Part shown: one piece after another, positions 12,403 through 25,929 of the stretch
Numbering within the stretch: the stretch's first letter is position 1
Layout: each line of letters opens with the position of its first letter
From: Squalus acanthias
Lineage: Eukaryota
Length of the DNA stretch: 64,000 nt
Direction: 5' to 3'
Assembly (NCBI GenBank): GCA_030390025.1
Contig: CM059432.1
Span: 116,066,001 to 116,130,000, forward strand
Translations under genes and position numbers: made by a program
The notes under the pieces: model-generated
What the model was told of the DNA's origin: nothing
Database searches by the model: none
The model's input: the letters and a program-made list of their open reading frames with translations, nothing else

Positions 12403-14784
12403 TGCCCTCATTTTGAAATACTCAAATGCTTCAGAAAAATTACGACCTACATCCATTGATTTTTCAATGTCTTTTTGTCTAAACAATGAGTCCTCATGAT
12501 TACAAAACAAAAAAAGTTAGAAGAGAACTGCACGGTAAAAATTACTGCATAATGCAGTCTTAAGATAACCTATCAACCTATTATGAAGAAACTGCCATAA
12601 ATACTATCAACTGGTCTAACATTTAGAGACCCTCTGATAAAAACTGTTCACTTACACCACTGTTGCAGCAACCTTATTGCATTTAAGCTGTAAGCACCGT
12701 GCAAAGGCTGGGCATGTGCTTAGAATGAAGAGAGGAGGGACAAGGTGTGAAGAGAGACAGGAAAAAAGAACACACACACATGGAAGAAATACTGGTGGAA
12801 GATTGCCCATGGTTTGTATGTGGCCTGAGACAACCGCAGGGGGGGGGGGGGGGGGGGGGGGGGGGGGAGGGGGAAGAGAGAAAGAGAGGGAAGAGGAATT
12901 TTCCCTAAAAATAAAAACCTAAGGAAGATTAATTTTTGTCATCAACAAGTTATTTAAGTGAGTACAACTAACAGGAGTCAGGCAACTGACACTATATGCT
13001 TTCTCCTCAAAACTCACGTACAGAAATAGTGCTTTATTGATATTTGCAAGTGTCAGAAGCAATTTAAGTAAAATTGTTCCCACAGTCTGCTCCAATCCAG
13101 GACATTTCATCAGGCCTCCCACCTCACAAACAATCAGCTGGTTAACAGGTAGAAAATATGTTAAATCAATTCCTGCATCAATAATGAATGTTTCCAAGAT
13201 AGGTTAATCTTGTCCAGCTGAATTCTGCAACATCGGAAGACAGCATAAGTGAGCGTCATGGATATCAGTCACCGGAACCAAATGCTCAACACAAATCTTG
13301 AATTCAAGGAGCTAGCAAATGGAGGCCAAGGATTGAAACTGAACTTAGGTAGCTCCCATTGGCCAAAGACTGTGCACTGGAATACTCTAAAACAGAACTT
13401 CAAAAACATATTGTGGGGATTGGGTAGAACAGGTGGAGAAGGGCAAGAAACAGACAGTCTTATAAAAAGGAACCAAAAAAACCCCACACACACACACAAT
13501 AAAAGACAACTACTGCCAAATTATTAAACAGAATGATTCAGGAAATCTGGTGCAATGAAGCTATAGAGAATGAGGAAAAAAAAGAGAAAGGCCAGAATTA
13601 AGTCCTTATATACAAATTACAGCACAGAAACAGGCCATTTGGCACAACTGGTTTATACTCCACACGAGCCTCCCCCCACCTCATCATCATATCCTTCTAT
13701 TCCTTTCTCCCTCATGCAATTATCTAGCTGCCCCTTAAATGCATCTATGGGTGACAGAAAGACATTGCAAAAAGACTTAGGAAGAGCAGCATTCCCAAAA
13801 ATCATTTCCCTTCATTGAAATAACAAATAATCCCACTTTTACACAGAGCTTGATCTTCTTTTTGTTTCTAAAATAAATACAGGAATCTTATTGAACCCTA
13901 ATTTTTATTACATCCTCATCTTCTTGTTTCAGTTTCTCAAAGTCAGGCTTTTTCCTCAGTAAACTTACACCCAGAGTGTGCAGTGGGAAGCACATGACTT
14001 TCTGCACACAGCCATTTGCAACCTTATGACCCGGACAGCTGCTGCGTTCATTCATGCCAGAATTATTTCCTTCAAGTAATACTGGTGTTAACACAGCTTT
14101 GAGACAGCGATCAGCATGTGACATGAGTGTACTAGTGCGTTAAGGAGTATCGAAGGTATGGTCACACCCACATTTCCACAGACTAGCCCCTAATCTCAGG
14201 TTGAAACTTTGCTTTCTAAAGGAGGGCAAGCTGACCCTCTTTACTCTGACAAACCTTCTTACAGCTAGCTTGAGAGCAGCATTGGCAGAGACCAGGAATA
14301 GGTGCATGCTGGACAAGCAAGGAAGTGTAACTTTTAACTAGCGTCTCCCTCTCTAAATAATACACTAAGGAAAGTTCTGGTATTCCCACAGTCCCTTCTC
14401 ATTTGTGTGAAGTACCCAATTACAAAGAACCGTTTCATGATCGTTGCCCGCAGTGCAATTTATTCTAGCTGCATAGTCGATTAATTGAGTCAAGAACACA
14501 GCACGGGGTTAGAAGCAAACAACATGAAGTAATCAGTAGAAATCAATCAATTTTGCAATACGTTACTGGTGTAGTCATTAGGGGAATTGCACAGATAACT
14601 CAATGGCGTTATCTGCTGCGGTCCACATATCAAGCACGGCTATTCAGATTTATTCTGCTAACTCTGCTCATTGGTGAGACACTGATTTGTGACCTCTGTT
14701 CAGCTTTTAAAGGGGAAAAAAAGTCAGTTTGCTCTCAACGTCACTCACCAACTCTTCCAGTACCTTTTTAAAAAAAAAAAAAAA

Positions 14785-15165
14785 TTGTTTATGGGATGTG
14801 GGCATCGCTGGCAAGGCCAGCATTTATTGCTCAACTCCAATTGCCCTCGAGAAGGTGGTGGTGAGCCACCTTCTTGAACCGCAGAGGGCAGTTAAGAGTC
14901 AACCACATTGCTGTGGGTCTGGAGTCACATATAGGCCAGACCAGGTAAGAACGGCAGATTTCCTTCCCTAAAGGACATTAGTGAACCAGATGGGTTTTTA
15001 CGACAATTTCATGGTCACCATTACTGATACTCGCTTTTTATTCCAGATTTATTTAATTAACTGAATTTAAATTCCCCAGCTGCCATAGATTTGAACTCAC
15101 GTCTCCAGATTATTAGTCCAGGCCTCTGGATTACTAGTCCAGTGACATAAACACTATGCTACTGT
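14785..15165 (-). mobile_element. tRNA-derived SINE with a LINE-family-B tail
   Basis: A-box-like TAGCATAGTG and B-box GAGTTCAAAT on the minus strand; 3' end shared with LINE family B. A related older copy lies at ~16520-16820 (+). Confidence 0.65.
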
Positions 15166-15774
15166 CCCTCTCAAAGGCCATGCAAGAGAAGACAAAATAT
15201 GCAAGTAGTATGGTAATTCTTTGTAACCATCCTTTGATATCTTAAAATGAAATATCAAAATCCCAATTTTAATTAATTCTGACTTCTAGTCTAAGCAAAG
15301 GTTTATACATATCCCCAATGAGCACATTTCCTGGCCGGAATGGGCAGAGCAAACCATTTGGCGGATGACTTACAGCAAGGAGTAAACTCCATTTTATCAG
15401 AAGTTGGAATGGAAATCTGAATATCCCTTAATAATCTCTCTATCCAGGATGACCTGTACCAAATATTGCAGGGAAACCTCCTAACTGCACTGCTCCAATG
15501 TCCTGCCTGGACCAATGCAGCCAAGACAGCTACCTCCAAGATCAGGAATCAGGAGGCGGCAGAGGCCATTTGGGATCGTCCTAGATGGCTTGTACTGCAC
15601 ATCTGGTTTAAGTTTAATGCTGTACGTTGGAGGTTCACAGAACACATTACACAAAATCAAACAGAGATAGCAGATATTTTAGTCTTGAAGATAGAAAAGC
15701 ACAGAGTGCAGCGCACCAGTGAAAACTGTGTTGATGGGACGAACGTGGGCAGAAAGCAAAAATCAGGGGCAGGT

Positions 15775-15882
15775 CTTGGAAATATGAAACAGAAACTTCT
15801 GGAAACTCTCAGCAGTCCAGCAGCATTTGTGGTAAGAACAGACAAATTAAGATTTGGGTGCGTAACCCTTCTTCAAAACTGA
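15775..15882 (-). mobile_element. Decayed Penelope pLTR
   Basis: Reverse complement resembles 34550-34655; hammerhead core mutated. Confidence 0.55.
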
Positions 15883-16819
15883 AAAATAAGAAATGGGCAG
15901 GTGTATTAATATAATCAAAAAAGGGGCTGAAAATAGATATGAAAAATAGGACTATGAGCAGAGAAGGCTCAGAAAATCCACGTATAGGAAACAGGGATAA
16001 GGTTGGGTGACTAGCGAGTTTTCAGATCTGTGCAGAGAATCATTCTTTGGCAATTCGCTGATTTTCTTTAAGTAACCACAACCCACCAGTGACAAATCTT
16101 CACATGATTTTTGAATGCTTTCAGTTGCAGATGACTTCACATTTTTCTTGCTCATGTTTTTAAACTGCTGATATGTTTTTTTTTCAAACTAATTGCTCAG
16201 AACAGGATCTGGCTACCATGTATTAGGTCACAAAATAATAAAAGGAAGTGGGCTTCTGGCATTAAATAGTAAAACACATTTTCTCAGATCAAAATCTAAT
16301 GTCAAAATTACTGTCTCAAGGCAACTGGGGAAATTAATATTGTTGCATATGATTAAACAATACATCTTCAGATTAAGATTTAACCTCTACTGAAAGAGCG
16401 AGCAGAATTCTATAAAAGACCAATTATCACAGAGTCATAGATTTATACAGCACAGAAAGAGGCTGTTTTTTTTTCATTTTCGTTTTGTTATTCTTCCATG
16501 ACTATGGGAGGGAGAGAAGGGTACAGTAGCCCAGTGGGATGGTACTGGACTAAAAACCTAGAAGTCGGGAGTGCAAATCCCACCATGACAAGTTGTAAAA
16601 CTGAATGCAATAAATTTAGTAATTTGTGGGCTAGTCCACAAAAGATGCAGTTTTGGGTTGCAAAACTCCAACTGGTTTCACTAATGTACTTCAAAGTACC
16701 CAACACATGACTCCAGTTCCACACTCTATGGTTGATTTTTAGTGCCGCAGGAGAACTAGGGATGGACAATAAGTACTGCACTGCCGGTGTCATGCACATT
16801 CCAAGAACAAATTAAAAAA

Positions 16820-17232
16820 AACTTGCACTGATATAGGGCTTTGGGACGTGTCCCAAAGTGCTTTACAACCAATGAATTACTTTTAAAGTGTAGTCACTGT
16901 TGTTTCATAGGCAAACACTACAGCCAATTTGCACACAGCATGGTCCCACAAATAGCAAGGAGATCGATGACCAGATATAATTGTTTTTTGGTGATGTTGG
17001 TTGAGGGATAAATGTTGGCCAGGACACCGGTTGAGGGATAAATGTTGGCCAGGACACCGGGAGAACTCCTCTGCTCTTCTTCAAATAGTACCATGAGATC
17101 GCTTACATCCACCTGAGAGAGCAGATGGGGCTTCAGTTAAATTGAACGACAGCACCTCTGAATGTAGCACTCCCTCCATGCGGCACTGAAGTGTTAGCCC
17201 AGGTTATGTGCTCAAGTCTCTGGAGTGGGGTC
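16820..17232 (-). mobile_element. Deu-domain SINE with an internal ~31-bp duplication
   Basis: Reverse complement matches 31640-32100; GGTTGAGGGATAAATGTTGGCCAGGACACC occurs twice. Confidence 0.75.
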
Positions 17233-17644
17233 TATACTCAGCAGGGAGTGCCAAACATTTTTTTTTTATTTTAAATAAAATGTTGACTATAATTGGACAA
17301 TATTTTGACATCCTGTAGGAATAGTGAAAATAAATTCTTCCCCATCACACTTCTCCTGAAATGCCAGTTCATGTTGGAGAACAGTTTGAAGGGTTGTGTT
17401 TTCCATGAAATGCATTGCATTTGTATTTATCAAACAGGAGCAGTGCAAATCTGAGCAGTTGACCAATTTGTTTTTGGAATTTCAAAGTTTTCCAACCGGA
17501 CTGGCAAAGTTCATGGTCTCTAGTCTTCCACGTCATCTCTGGACCAAGTGATCAAACCAGGATTGCAGTCGGTGAAATCAGGACCACAACTCAGGCCAGA
17601 AATGGAATTCTAGTAACTGCAATAACAAGAAAAAACCTTCTTAC

Positions 17645-17807
17645 CATCTTTCTCTATCAGCGTGAAGGGCTCAGTGTCCCATCCATCCTCAATTTGGGCA
17701 GGCTGAACATCCAGATGCCCATAGATGCATACAGTCTTCTTTCCTGGGTCATTGCCGAGTGTAGCCAATAGGATTGGAGGAAGAGGAATCTTTGTTCCAT
17801 CAGGAAG
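17645..17807 (-). CDS. CNDP2: CNDP2 coding exon 3 ([14 protein letters not shown]...YGHLDVQPA...[10 protein letters not shown])
   Basis: 163 nt, tag/gtaag boundaries; M20 metal-binding GHLDVQP motif. Not present in the ORF track; translated by hand. Confidence 0.96.
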
Positions 17808-18108
17808 CTAATTTAAAATAAAAAGTACGTTGCAAACAATAAAATTTAAGATCAATGGCAGATTGTAAAACTTTACAGCGGAGAGAGATAGAGAGGTGTA
17901 TATAATTTCAGATGTACAATTCTTAAGAGCTGGTTACATGAAATAAACCGTTCATCCGTCAGAAGGTGCGAGTGGGCTGACAGCACCTAGGAAACCATAC
18001 TCCAAGATTCAACACTTGGAAGAGAAAAGAGAAAAATGAAAGAACATTTGAAAGAGACATCAAAAGACTGAAGGATGTTTCAAACACATACGTTCTATTG
18101 GTTCTCAC

Positions 18109-18252
18109 CGTTTGTTGCCCAATATCGGCCAGTTCCACTGATGCGCCCAGTCGCTCTACCTCTTTGGCCACAAACTCCACCATCCTTTTGGTTTCGTCTC
18201 TCTTCTCTGGCAATGCGGACACACTCTGAATTGCCACCCATTCTGCAAGACG
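18109..18252 (-). CDS. CNDP2: CNDP2 coding exon 2 ([18 protein letters not shown]...ELADIGQQT)
   Basis: 144 nt, tag/gtgag boundaries, phase 0, clear CNDP2 homology. Confidence 0.95.
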
Positions 18253-18488
18253 CTAGGGAAACAAGACAGTTCAGTAAGTGAACTTAAAAAGATACCTTCA
18301 CAGTTTGTGATTTGCCCCACAGATTAAGTTAACAGCAAATTGCTCTTCAACTGAGATTATGGAGGTCATATAGGGGTTTATATAAAACAAAATGAAGTCT
18401 CAGGCAAGACCGAGTTTGGGTGACTGAGATAAAACCAGTTTTCTGTAAACCACCAGTCCCCAACATGGATTCTATTTATACAACCACA

Positions 18489-18558
18489 TACAGTGCATCT
18501 ACACATTGTGTACAGTGCATCTACACATTGTGTACAGTGCATCTACACATTGTGTACA
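18489..18558. repeat. 22-bp tandem repeat x3 (TACAGTGCATCTACACATTGTG)
   Basis: Direct reading. Confidence 0.9.
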
Positions 18559-18829
18559 TTTAACAATCAGGTTTCTCGCTTTTTTTTTTCCTGGCACACT
18601 TAACATTTTAACTGAGTATCACACTCTCTAACTAGTTCTGGGGGGTAGAGCGTAGAGGCATTGCACCGAATTCATTTGGTGTGGCTGCTATGCCAACAAG
18701 TTTAGCAACATCATGCAGAAGAAACAATTGATGCATATCATTTGCACGCTATATTTCAAAGTAAAAAGTTCTGTTAATCCAGTGGATACGAAAGAAGTGT
18801 TGTACCAACAGTAATCACCATCACTTCAG

Positions 18830-19370
18830 TAACATAAGAATTAGGAGGAGTAGGCCATACAGCCCCTTGAGCCTGCTCCGCCATTTAATAAGATCATGGC
18901 CGATCTTCTAACTCAACTCCACTTTCCCGCATGATTTCCATATCCCTTGATTCCAAAAATCTATCTATCTCAGCCTTGAATATACTCACGATTGAGCATC
19001 CACAGCCCTTTGGGGCAGGGAATTCCAAAGATACACAACCCTCAGAGAAGAAATTCCTCCTCATCTCAGTCTTAAAAGGCCGACCTATTACTCCGAGACT
19101 ATGCCCCCTAGTTCCAGACTCTCCTGCCAGGGGAAACAACCTCTCAGCATCTACCTTGTCAATCCTCCTTAGAATCTTATATGTTTCAATGAGATCACCT
19201 CTCATTCTTCTAAACTCCAGAGAGTATAGGCCCAATTTACTCAATCTCTCCTCATAGGACAGCCCTCTCATCCCAGGAAACAATCTAGTGAACCTTCCTT
19301 GCACCGCCTCCAAGGCAAGTATATCCTTCCTCAGATAAGGAGACCAAAACTGTGCACAGTACTCCAGGTG
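18830..19370 (-). mobile_element. CR1 LINE 3' fragment
   Basis: HLEYCAQFWSPYLRKDILALEAVQ...; CR1 tail. Confidence 0.9.
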
Positions 19371-20329
19371 CCATTTGCTATTCTGTTCAGTAGTTATTGT
19401 GATGCAGGATGCACTACAGGATATTGAAACTGTAACAAAAAAAAAAAAAAACCATTTATACTGCAATGCCTCTTGAGAAGAATAATGAACAAGTAAAATT
19501 TAAACGTACTAGATTGGAAATGGACAGCTACCAGTTGCATCAGACAATAGCGCAGGACAGAAGACTGCAACTCAGTCTCAGGGTTTCTTCCTGTTTATGG
19601 CTTTAGAATTTCCCCTCCCCAGATGTAAATTTGAAGAGAATCGTAGATAACTTGCAATTAAGTGGCAGATTAGGTGCCAAACCAGAAGCAAACAGCTCAA
19701 GTGACCAAGGCAACTGGTTTGCAGTTTTTACAGAAAGACAGGAAAGATGAAAGAATGTGATCCCAGAATCCCATGTATTAGAATGTGATCCCAGAATCCC
19801 ATGTATTAAAAGTAAGAGTCTGACTGGCAACTATTGGGGGGGGTCTGGGGGGGAACAAATCGACATCAGGAGCCTCATACAACATTACAACATTTCAGAA
19901 CCACTTCCTTAAACTGTCATGTCACACAGGGGAGAGGGGGGTTAAATTGCTGAACTATGGATAAAACAAAATATGCTGACTTTAAAAGGAACATGGACTA
20001 AATGTACAAGGAGGGAACTTACACCAATTCCTAGCCACACCTATTTATTTCGGAGGGGAGTAGAAATAGTTCTGAGCTTGTTTTTTTTAAAAAAAGCTTG
20101 AAGCTGGATTTGATCCGAGAGTTGATTTCAAGGAAGAATCCGACTGCATTTTTCAGTGCCGAGTCCACAGTCTGGCCCAGACTTCAGAACCGTCTTTAAT
20201 AATCTTTTCTCAAATGATAAACTGTAGTTTGAAGGTTTCATCCACATGGATCAATAGGACCACATCGCAATCACAGAGTTAAATATACTCCCCGGTCAGT
20301 GCAATTCAAATTAACACGCAGCAATAGAA

Positions 20330-21000
20330 CATGGCCCTGAATGGCGGAGTCTACAATGGCGTACGCCATCATATTCCCTCTGAAATGCCCCGCAAGTTCC
20401 GGATGCACATGTGCGTGATCTGCCTGAAAACTGAGTATTGCTGGCGTGATCTGCCTGAAAACTGAGTATTGCTGCCGTAGAGTTGGGCTATTTGCCCAGC
20501 GACTGGCCAGCAATTGCCCACGTAAGTCTTACGGTTGATGCATAAGGGGATATCTAAGCCTTAAGTTAAACATTTTTATATCCTAAATTATGCACATACA
20601 CTTTATTAAATGAGTTTCTGCAAATATTGGCCCTGATTACAGTCTTAATGATGTTTAAAATTTTCAAAAGATTAAATTTTTATTGAGGTGGGTGCAATGA
20701 AGGAACTTATGAATAAAATTACAATTCTGTACTTTGTATAATTTTTACATTTGGGGGATTCCCTTTGTAAATGACCGCAATGGAATTCTCCTTCGTCATT
20801 AGAGGACCGGGCCCACGTGATCCCAGGTACGCTTCCGAACCGCCTGTATCCCTAGGATCCGTGGGCCATTACGCTGCCCTCCGCCTCGAGGCCCGAGACC
20901 GCAACTCCTCGCAGCCTAGGCGCCAGCAGGTAATTTCGGAAATGTTTCGCGGGTCGGAGGCGTACTCCAGAGGTCCAACCGCAATTTCTAGGCCCATGTC
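20330..21000. mobile_element. CpG-rich MITE-like remnants
   Basis: GGCCC/AAAT-type termini like the other MITEs; tandem duplication of GCGTGATCTGCCTGAAAACTGAGTATTGCTG. Boundaries uncertain. Confidence 0.4.
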
Positions 21001-21674
21001 TCCGGAGTTTTGATTTAAAACAGTGAAATTTTACGTCCAAAACATGGGCTCAGGTGTGAAGATTACCTGCTGTAAGGGCTGGCTGCCAATTCAGACACTT
21101 GCCAGTATAGCCTGGCAGCCGAGGCAAGGCCAAATCTTCTCTCCACCCCACCTTCCTGCCCCCAATTGCAGACACTGAATCTCGCGCTGCTGCATCCAGT
21201 CAGTGCGCTGCCCGTCGCAGACGATCTTCCAATTTTAAAAAAACGTCGGACGGATGAACTGCACAAGTGCCAGGAAGGTTATTTAAAATGAGATTATGGC
21301 TGTGGAGCGGTCTGTTCCTGAATCATGGTAATCTGCCACATGGAAGCACTGAGCCCAGATTACAGCTGCTGACAACAATGTAACTGTGACACAGAAACAA
21401 ACTCCTGAAAAAGCACAAGGATTTCTCCATCAACCTGCAGAAACATCAGACACTCCGGGTCAGCTCACTCCTGGCAATGCCACACGATCAGCAGAGCAAA
21501 CTTGCATCTCTTTCCCCGCGAGCTTCCTTTTTTTCCCCCAGATTATTAATTCTCTTTGCGATTTTTTTTAAAATAAAAATTGTTTGTAGGAAAGCAACAA
21601 AAAAAAGCCAAGTACTACTTAAGCTGCAGAGAACAGATTAACAGCTACAAAGAGCAGTAACAGTAAACACTTAC

Positions 21675-21734
21675 TTTGATGTACAACTCTTGATTGTCAT
21701 CGATGTACTTGAAAAGTTTGGGGAGGTACGACAT
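21675..21734 (-). CDS. CNDP2: CNDP2 coding exon 1 (MSYLPKLFKYIDDNQELYIK); the exon extends to 21764 with 30 nt of 5'UTR
   Basis: ATG at 21734-21732, 60 nt, donor GTAAGT; upstream acceptor tttcag at 21765. Matches the CNDP2 N-terminus (LFKYIDxNQ) with no signal peptide. Confidence 0.93.
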
Positions 21735-22446
21735 CGCTCTGGTGAGCAGAGTGCAGCTGTAGTTCTGAAAGGAGAAAGAATTATGCTGAGTAACTGCAAC
21801 TCAACTTCCTGTTTTTAAAGGCCTGGAAATCTTGAAGCTCCACCCATCCAAAGCTGCAACCAATGCCAGGTCTCAAATTAAGAAGGGGTGCAATTTAGAG
21901 AACAGCTCAACTAATTAACCCTTTGTCACCTTTTAAAAAAAAAAGTCAAAAAGTGACAGCAATATAAAATGTTGCTTTTTTAAAAAAAAACGTGCTATAA
22001 TAATCGAACAGAGGCAGCCTTCATGCAAGGCTCGAGCAAAGTTTCTGTAAACCACCTTTCTATCCCAGCCACACGCTTCACCCAGTTCTCACTCCAGACA
22101 GGCACAATTTTCTAACTTCTGCTGCTGCTGACAGCCTTTCCCTTCCTGATCGGCAATAACTAAATTTCTCTCCTTGTCTGTGCTGCAGTACAAAGCTGTA
22201 AACAAAGGCAGAGGCAGCTGCAATGAAGTCTGAGACGGCAGGGCTCAATTCTGTTCTATTCTTCAGTCCATTAAATGTGATAGCAGTTTGAAGAGTTATA
22301 GCCTTCTCACATCTGGTGTGCGTGGAGAAGAATCACATCGACTCACTGAAATTATCAACGGGGGAGGGGGCTTTCAGGCCCATAAATAACATACAGTGGA
22401 GTGGTAGAATGTGGGTTCTATTCCAATCTAATGCAGCCTCTGGAGC

Positions 22447-22895
22447 ACATAGGAACAGGAGGAGGCCATTTAACCCTTCAAGCCTGTTCCGCCATTCAAT
22501 GAGATCATGGCTGATCTGTGACCTAACTCTATATACCCCCTTGTATTCCAGTCCTCTAGATATAAAGGCCAGCATCCCATTAGCCTTTTTGATTATTTTC
22601 TGTACCTGTTCATGACATTTTAATGATCTATGTACAAGTCTCTTTGGACCTCCACTGTTTCTAGCTTTTCACCATTTAGAAAGTACCCTGTTCTATCCTT
22701 TTTAGGTCCAAAGTGGATGACATCACATTTGCCTACACTGAAATCCATTTGCTACAGTTTTGCCCATTCGCTTAATCTATTAATATTTCTTTGTAATTTT
22801 ATGCTTCCACCTACACTGCCGACAATGCCGCCTTTCTTTGTGTCATCAGCAAACTTGGATATGTGCTTTCTATCCCATCATCTAACTCGTTAATA
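22447..22895 (-). mobile_element. CR1 LINE fragments
   Basis: MLAFISRGLEYK, KFADD-like RT remnant and tail. Confidence 0.8.
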
Positions 22896-23205
22896 AACAC
22901 AACAACAACAAACAACAACTTGTATTTATATAGCGCCTTTAACATAGTAAAACATCCCAAGGCGCTCCACAGGAGTGTTGGCACTGAGCCACATAAGGAA
23001 GAATTCGGGCAGGTGACCAAAAGCTTGATCAGAGAGGTAGGTTTTAAGGAGCGTCTTTAAGGAAGAAAGAGAGGTAGAGAGGTGGAGAGGTTTAGGGAGG
23101 GAATTCCAGGCCACCGATGGTGGAGCGATTAAAATCGGCGATGCGTAAGAGGGCAGAATTAGAGGAGCGCAGATATCTCAGGGGGTTGTGGGGCTGAAGG
23201 AGATT

Positions 23206-23637
23206 ACATAGAAACATAGAAAACATAGAATCTAGGAGCAGGAGTAGGCCATTCGGCCCGTCGAGCCTGCTCCGCCATTCAATACGATCATGGCTGATCA
23301 TCCAAATCCAGTACCCTGTCCCTGCTTTAATCCCCACAGTACACATATCCCACCCTACCCCTGTAACCACACGTATTTAATTCCCCCTAACATATCCCAT
23401 CCTATCCCCATAACCCCACATATTTAATCCCCCCTAACACTAAGGGTCAATTTATCATAGCCAAATCAACCTAACCCACACATTTTTGGACTGTGGGAGG
23501 AAACCGGAGCACCCGGAGGAAACCCACGCAGACACGGGGAGAATGTGCAAACTCCACACAGACAGTCACCCGAGGTCAGATTCGAACCCGGGTCTCTGGC
23601 GCTGTGAGGCACCAGTGCTAACCACTATGCCACCGTG
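23206..23637 (-). mobile_element. HE1-type V-SINE (tRNA head, V domain, CR1-derived tail)
   Basis: A box TGGCATAGTGG, B box GGTTCGAATC, V-domain GGGTTTCCTCCGGGTGCTCCGGTTTCCTCCCACA; tail matches the young CR1 3' end. Confidence 0.88.
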
Positions 23638-25383
23638 TTGCCTAGCCAATGTAGGTCAGTGAGCACACGGGTGATGGGTGAACGGGACTTGGCGCGAGTT
23701 AGGACACGGGCGGCAGAGTTTTGGATGAGCTCAAGTTTATGGAGGGTGGAATGTGGGAGGCCGGCCAGGAGTGCGTTGTAATAGTCAAGTCTAGAGGTAA
23801 CAAAGGCATGGATGAGGGTTTCAACAGCAGATGAGCTGAGGCAAGGGTGGAGACGGGTGATGTTACGGAGGTTGAAATAGGCGGGATATGTGGTCGGAAA
23901 TCTCGGGGTCAAATATGACACCAAGGTTATGAACAGTCTGGTTCAGCCTCAGACAGTTGCCAGGGAGAGGGATGGAGTTGGTGGCTATGGAACGGAGTTT
24001 GTGGCAGGGACCGAATACAATGGCTTCAGTCTTCTCAATATTTAGTTGGAGGAAATTTCTGCTCATCCAGAACTGGATGTCAGACAAGCAGTCTGACAAT
24101 TTAGAGACAGTGGAGGGGTCGCAAGAGGTGGTGGTGAGGTAGAGCTGGGTGTCATCAGCGTACATGTGGAAACTGACACTGTGTTTTCGGATGATGTCAC
24201 CAAGGGGCAGCATGTAGATGAGAAATAGGAGGAGGCCAAGGATAGATCCTTGGGGGACACCAGAGGTAACGATGCGGGAACGGGAAGAGAAGCCATTGCA
24301 GGTGATTCTCTGGCTACGATTGGATAGATAAGAATGGAACTAGGCCAGTGTAGTGCCACCCAGCTGGGCGACGGTGGAGAGGCTTTGGAGGAACATGGTG
24401 TGGTCAACCGAGTCAAAGGCTGCAGACAGGTTGAGAAGGACGAGGAGGGATAGTTTATGATGGCCACAGTCACATTGGATGACATTTGTGACTTTGATAA
24501 GAGCCGTTTTGGTACAGTGGCAGGGGCGGAAACCTGATTGGAGGGATTCAAACATGGACTTCCAGAAAAGATGGGCATGGATTTGGGAGGCGACAACACA
24601 TTCAAGGACTTTGGAGAGGAAAGGCAGGTTGGAGATGGGGCAGTAGCTTGCAAGGATGGAGGGGTCAAGGATTTTTTTTTGAGGAGAGGGGTGATGACGG
24701 CAGATTTGAGGGAGAGGGGGACAGTACCCGAGGAGAGAGAACCGTTAACAATGTCAGCTAACATGAGAGCCAGAAAAGTAAGTTGGGTGGTCAGCAGTTT
24801 GTTGGGATAGGGTCGAGGAAGCAGGTAGTGGGTCTCATGGGGAAGATGAGCTCGGAGAGGGCATGAGGGGAGATCGCAGTGAAACTGGAGAAAGATGTGA
24901 GTTCAGGACTAGGGTGGGGGTGGGGCGGGCCTTAGAGGAAGTTTGGTCCAGTGGGCTAGGGGAAGGAAGGGAAGTGGCAGAGGCAGCTGAACGGATGGTC
25001 TCAATCTTAGAGACAAAGAAGTTCATGAGCTCCTCACACTTGTTGTTGGAGGTGAGGGCGGAGGAGACGGGGGACAGGGGTTTAAGAAGACGGTTTGCAA
25101 TAGAGAATAGAAGCTGGGGTTTATCTTTGCATTCCAGAATGATCCTGGAATAGTGAGCAGTTTTGGCAGACGAGAGCAGGACCCGATAATGCTTTATGTG
25201 GTCCAGCCAGATCTGGCGGTGAATGGCTAAACCAGTTGTCCGCCATAAACGTTCAAGTCTGTGTCCCTTGGACTTAAGGGAGCGGAGATGAGGGCCGTAC
25301 CAGGGGGAACGGCCAGGGTGAGAGACAGTAATTGTTTTAATGGGGACTAGGGCATCAAAGGTGGTGGTGAGGGTGTGGTTGAG

Positions 25384-25929
25384 CATAGAAGCATAGAAGA
25401 TAGGAGCAGGAGTAGGCCATTCGGCCCCTCGAGCCTGCTCCGCCATTTAATGAGATCATGGCTGATCATCTAAATTCAGTACCCTGTCCCTGCTTTCTCC
25501 CCATATCCCTTGATCCCTTTAGCCTTAAGAAATATATCTATCTCCTTCTTGAATATATTAAATGAATTGGCCTCAACTGCCTTCTGTGGTAGAGCATTCC
25601 ACAGGTTCACCACCCTCTGGGTGAAGAAATTCCTCCTCATCTCAGTCCTAAATGGCTTACCCCTTATCCTTAGACTGTGACCTCTGGTTCTGGACTCCCC
25701 CGCCATCGGGAACATCCTTCCTGCATCTAGTCTGTCTAGTCCTGTTAGAATTTTATAAGTTTCAATGAGATCCCCTCTCATTCTTCTAAACTCTAGCGAA
25801 TATAGCCTAATCGACCCAATCTCTCTTCATACGTCATTCTTGCCATCCCAGGTATCAGTCTGGTGAATCTTCGCTGCACTCCCTCCATGGCAAGAACATC
25901 CTTCCTCAGATAAGGCAACCAAAACTGCA
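25384..25929 (-). mobile_element. Young CR1 3' fragment nested in L2
   Basis: Near-identical to 54088-54755; the L2 sequence resumes on both sides. Confidence 0.9.

Noticed and set aside
12839..12867. 29-nt poly-G run and Gly-repeat ORF
   Set aside because: A simple homopolymer whose length may be a sequencing artefact; no coding support.
721..21734. CNDP1 (secreted carnosinase) rather than CNDP2
   Set aside because: The ATG exon has no signal peptide and the sequence follows CNDP2 motifs ([18 protein letters not shown]).
23560..23637. tRNA gene (likewise 31640-31710 and 35140-35214)
   Set aside because: The A/B boxes belong to SINE heads followed by V or Deu domains; no complete cloverleaf.
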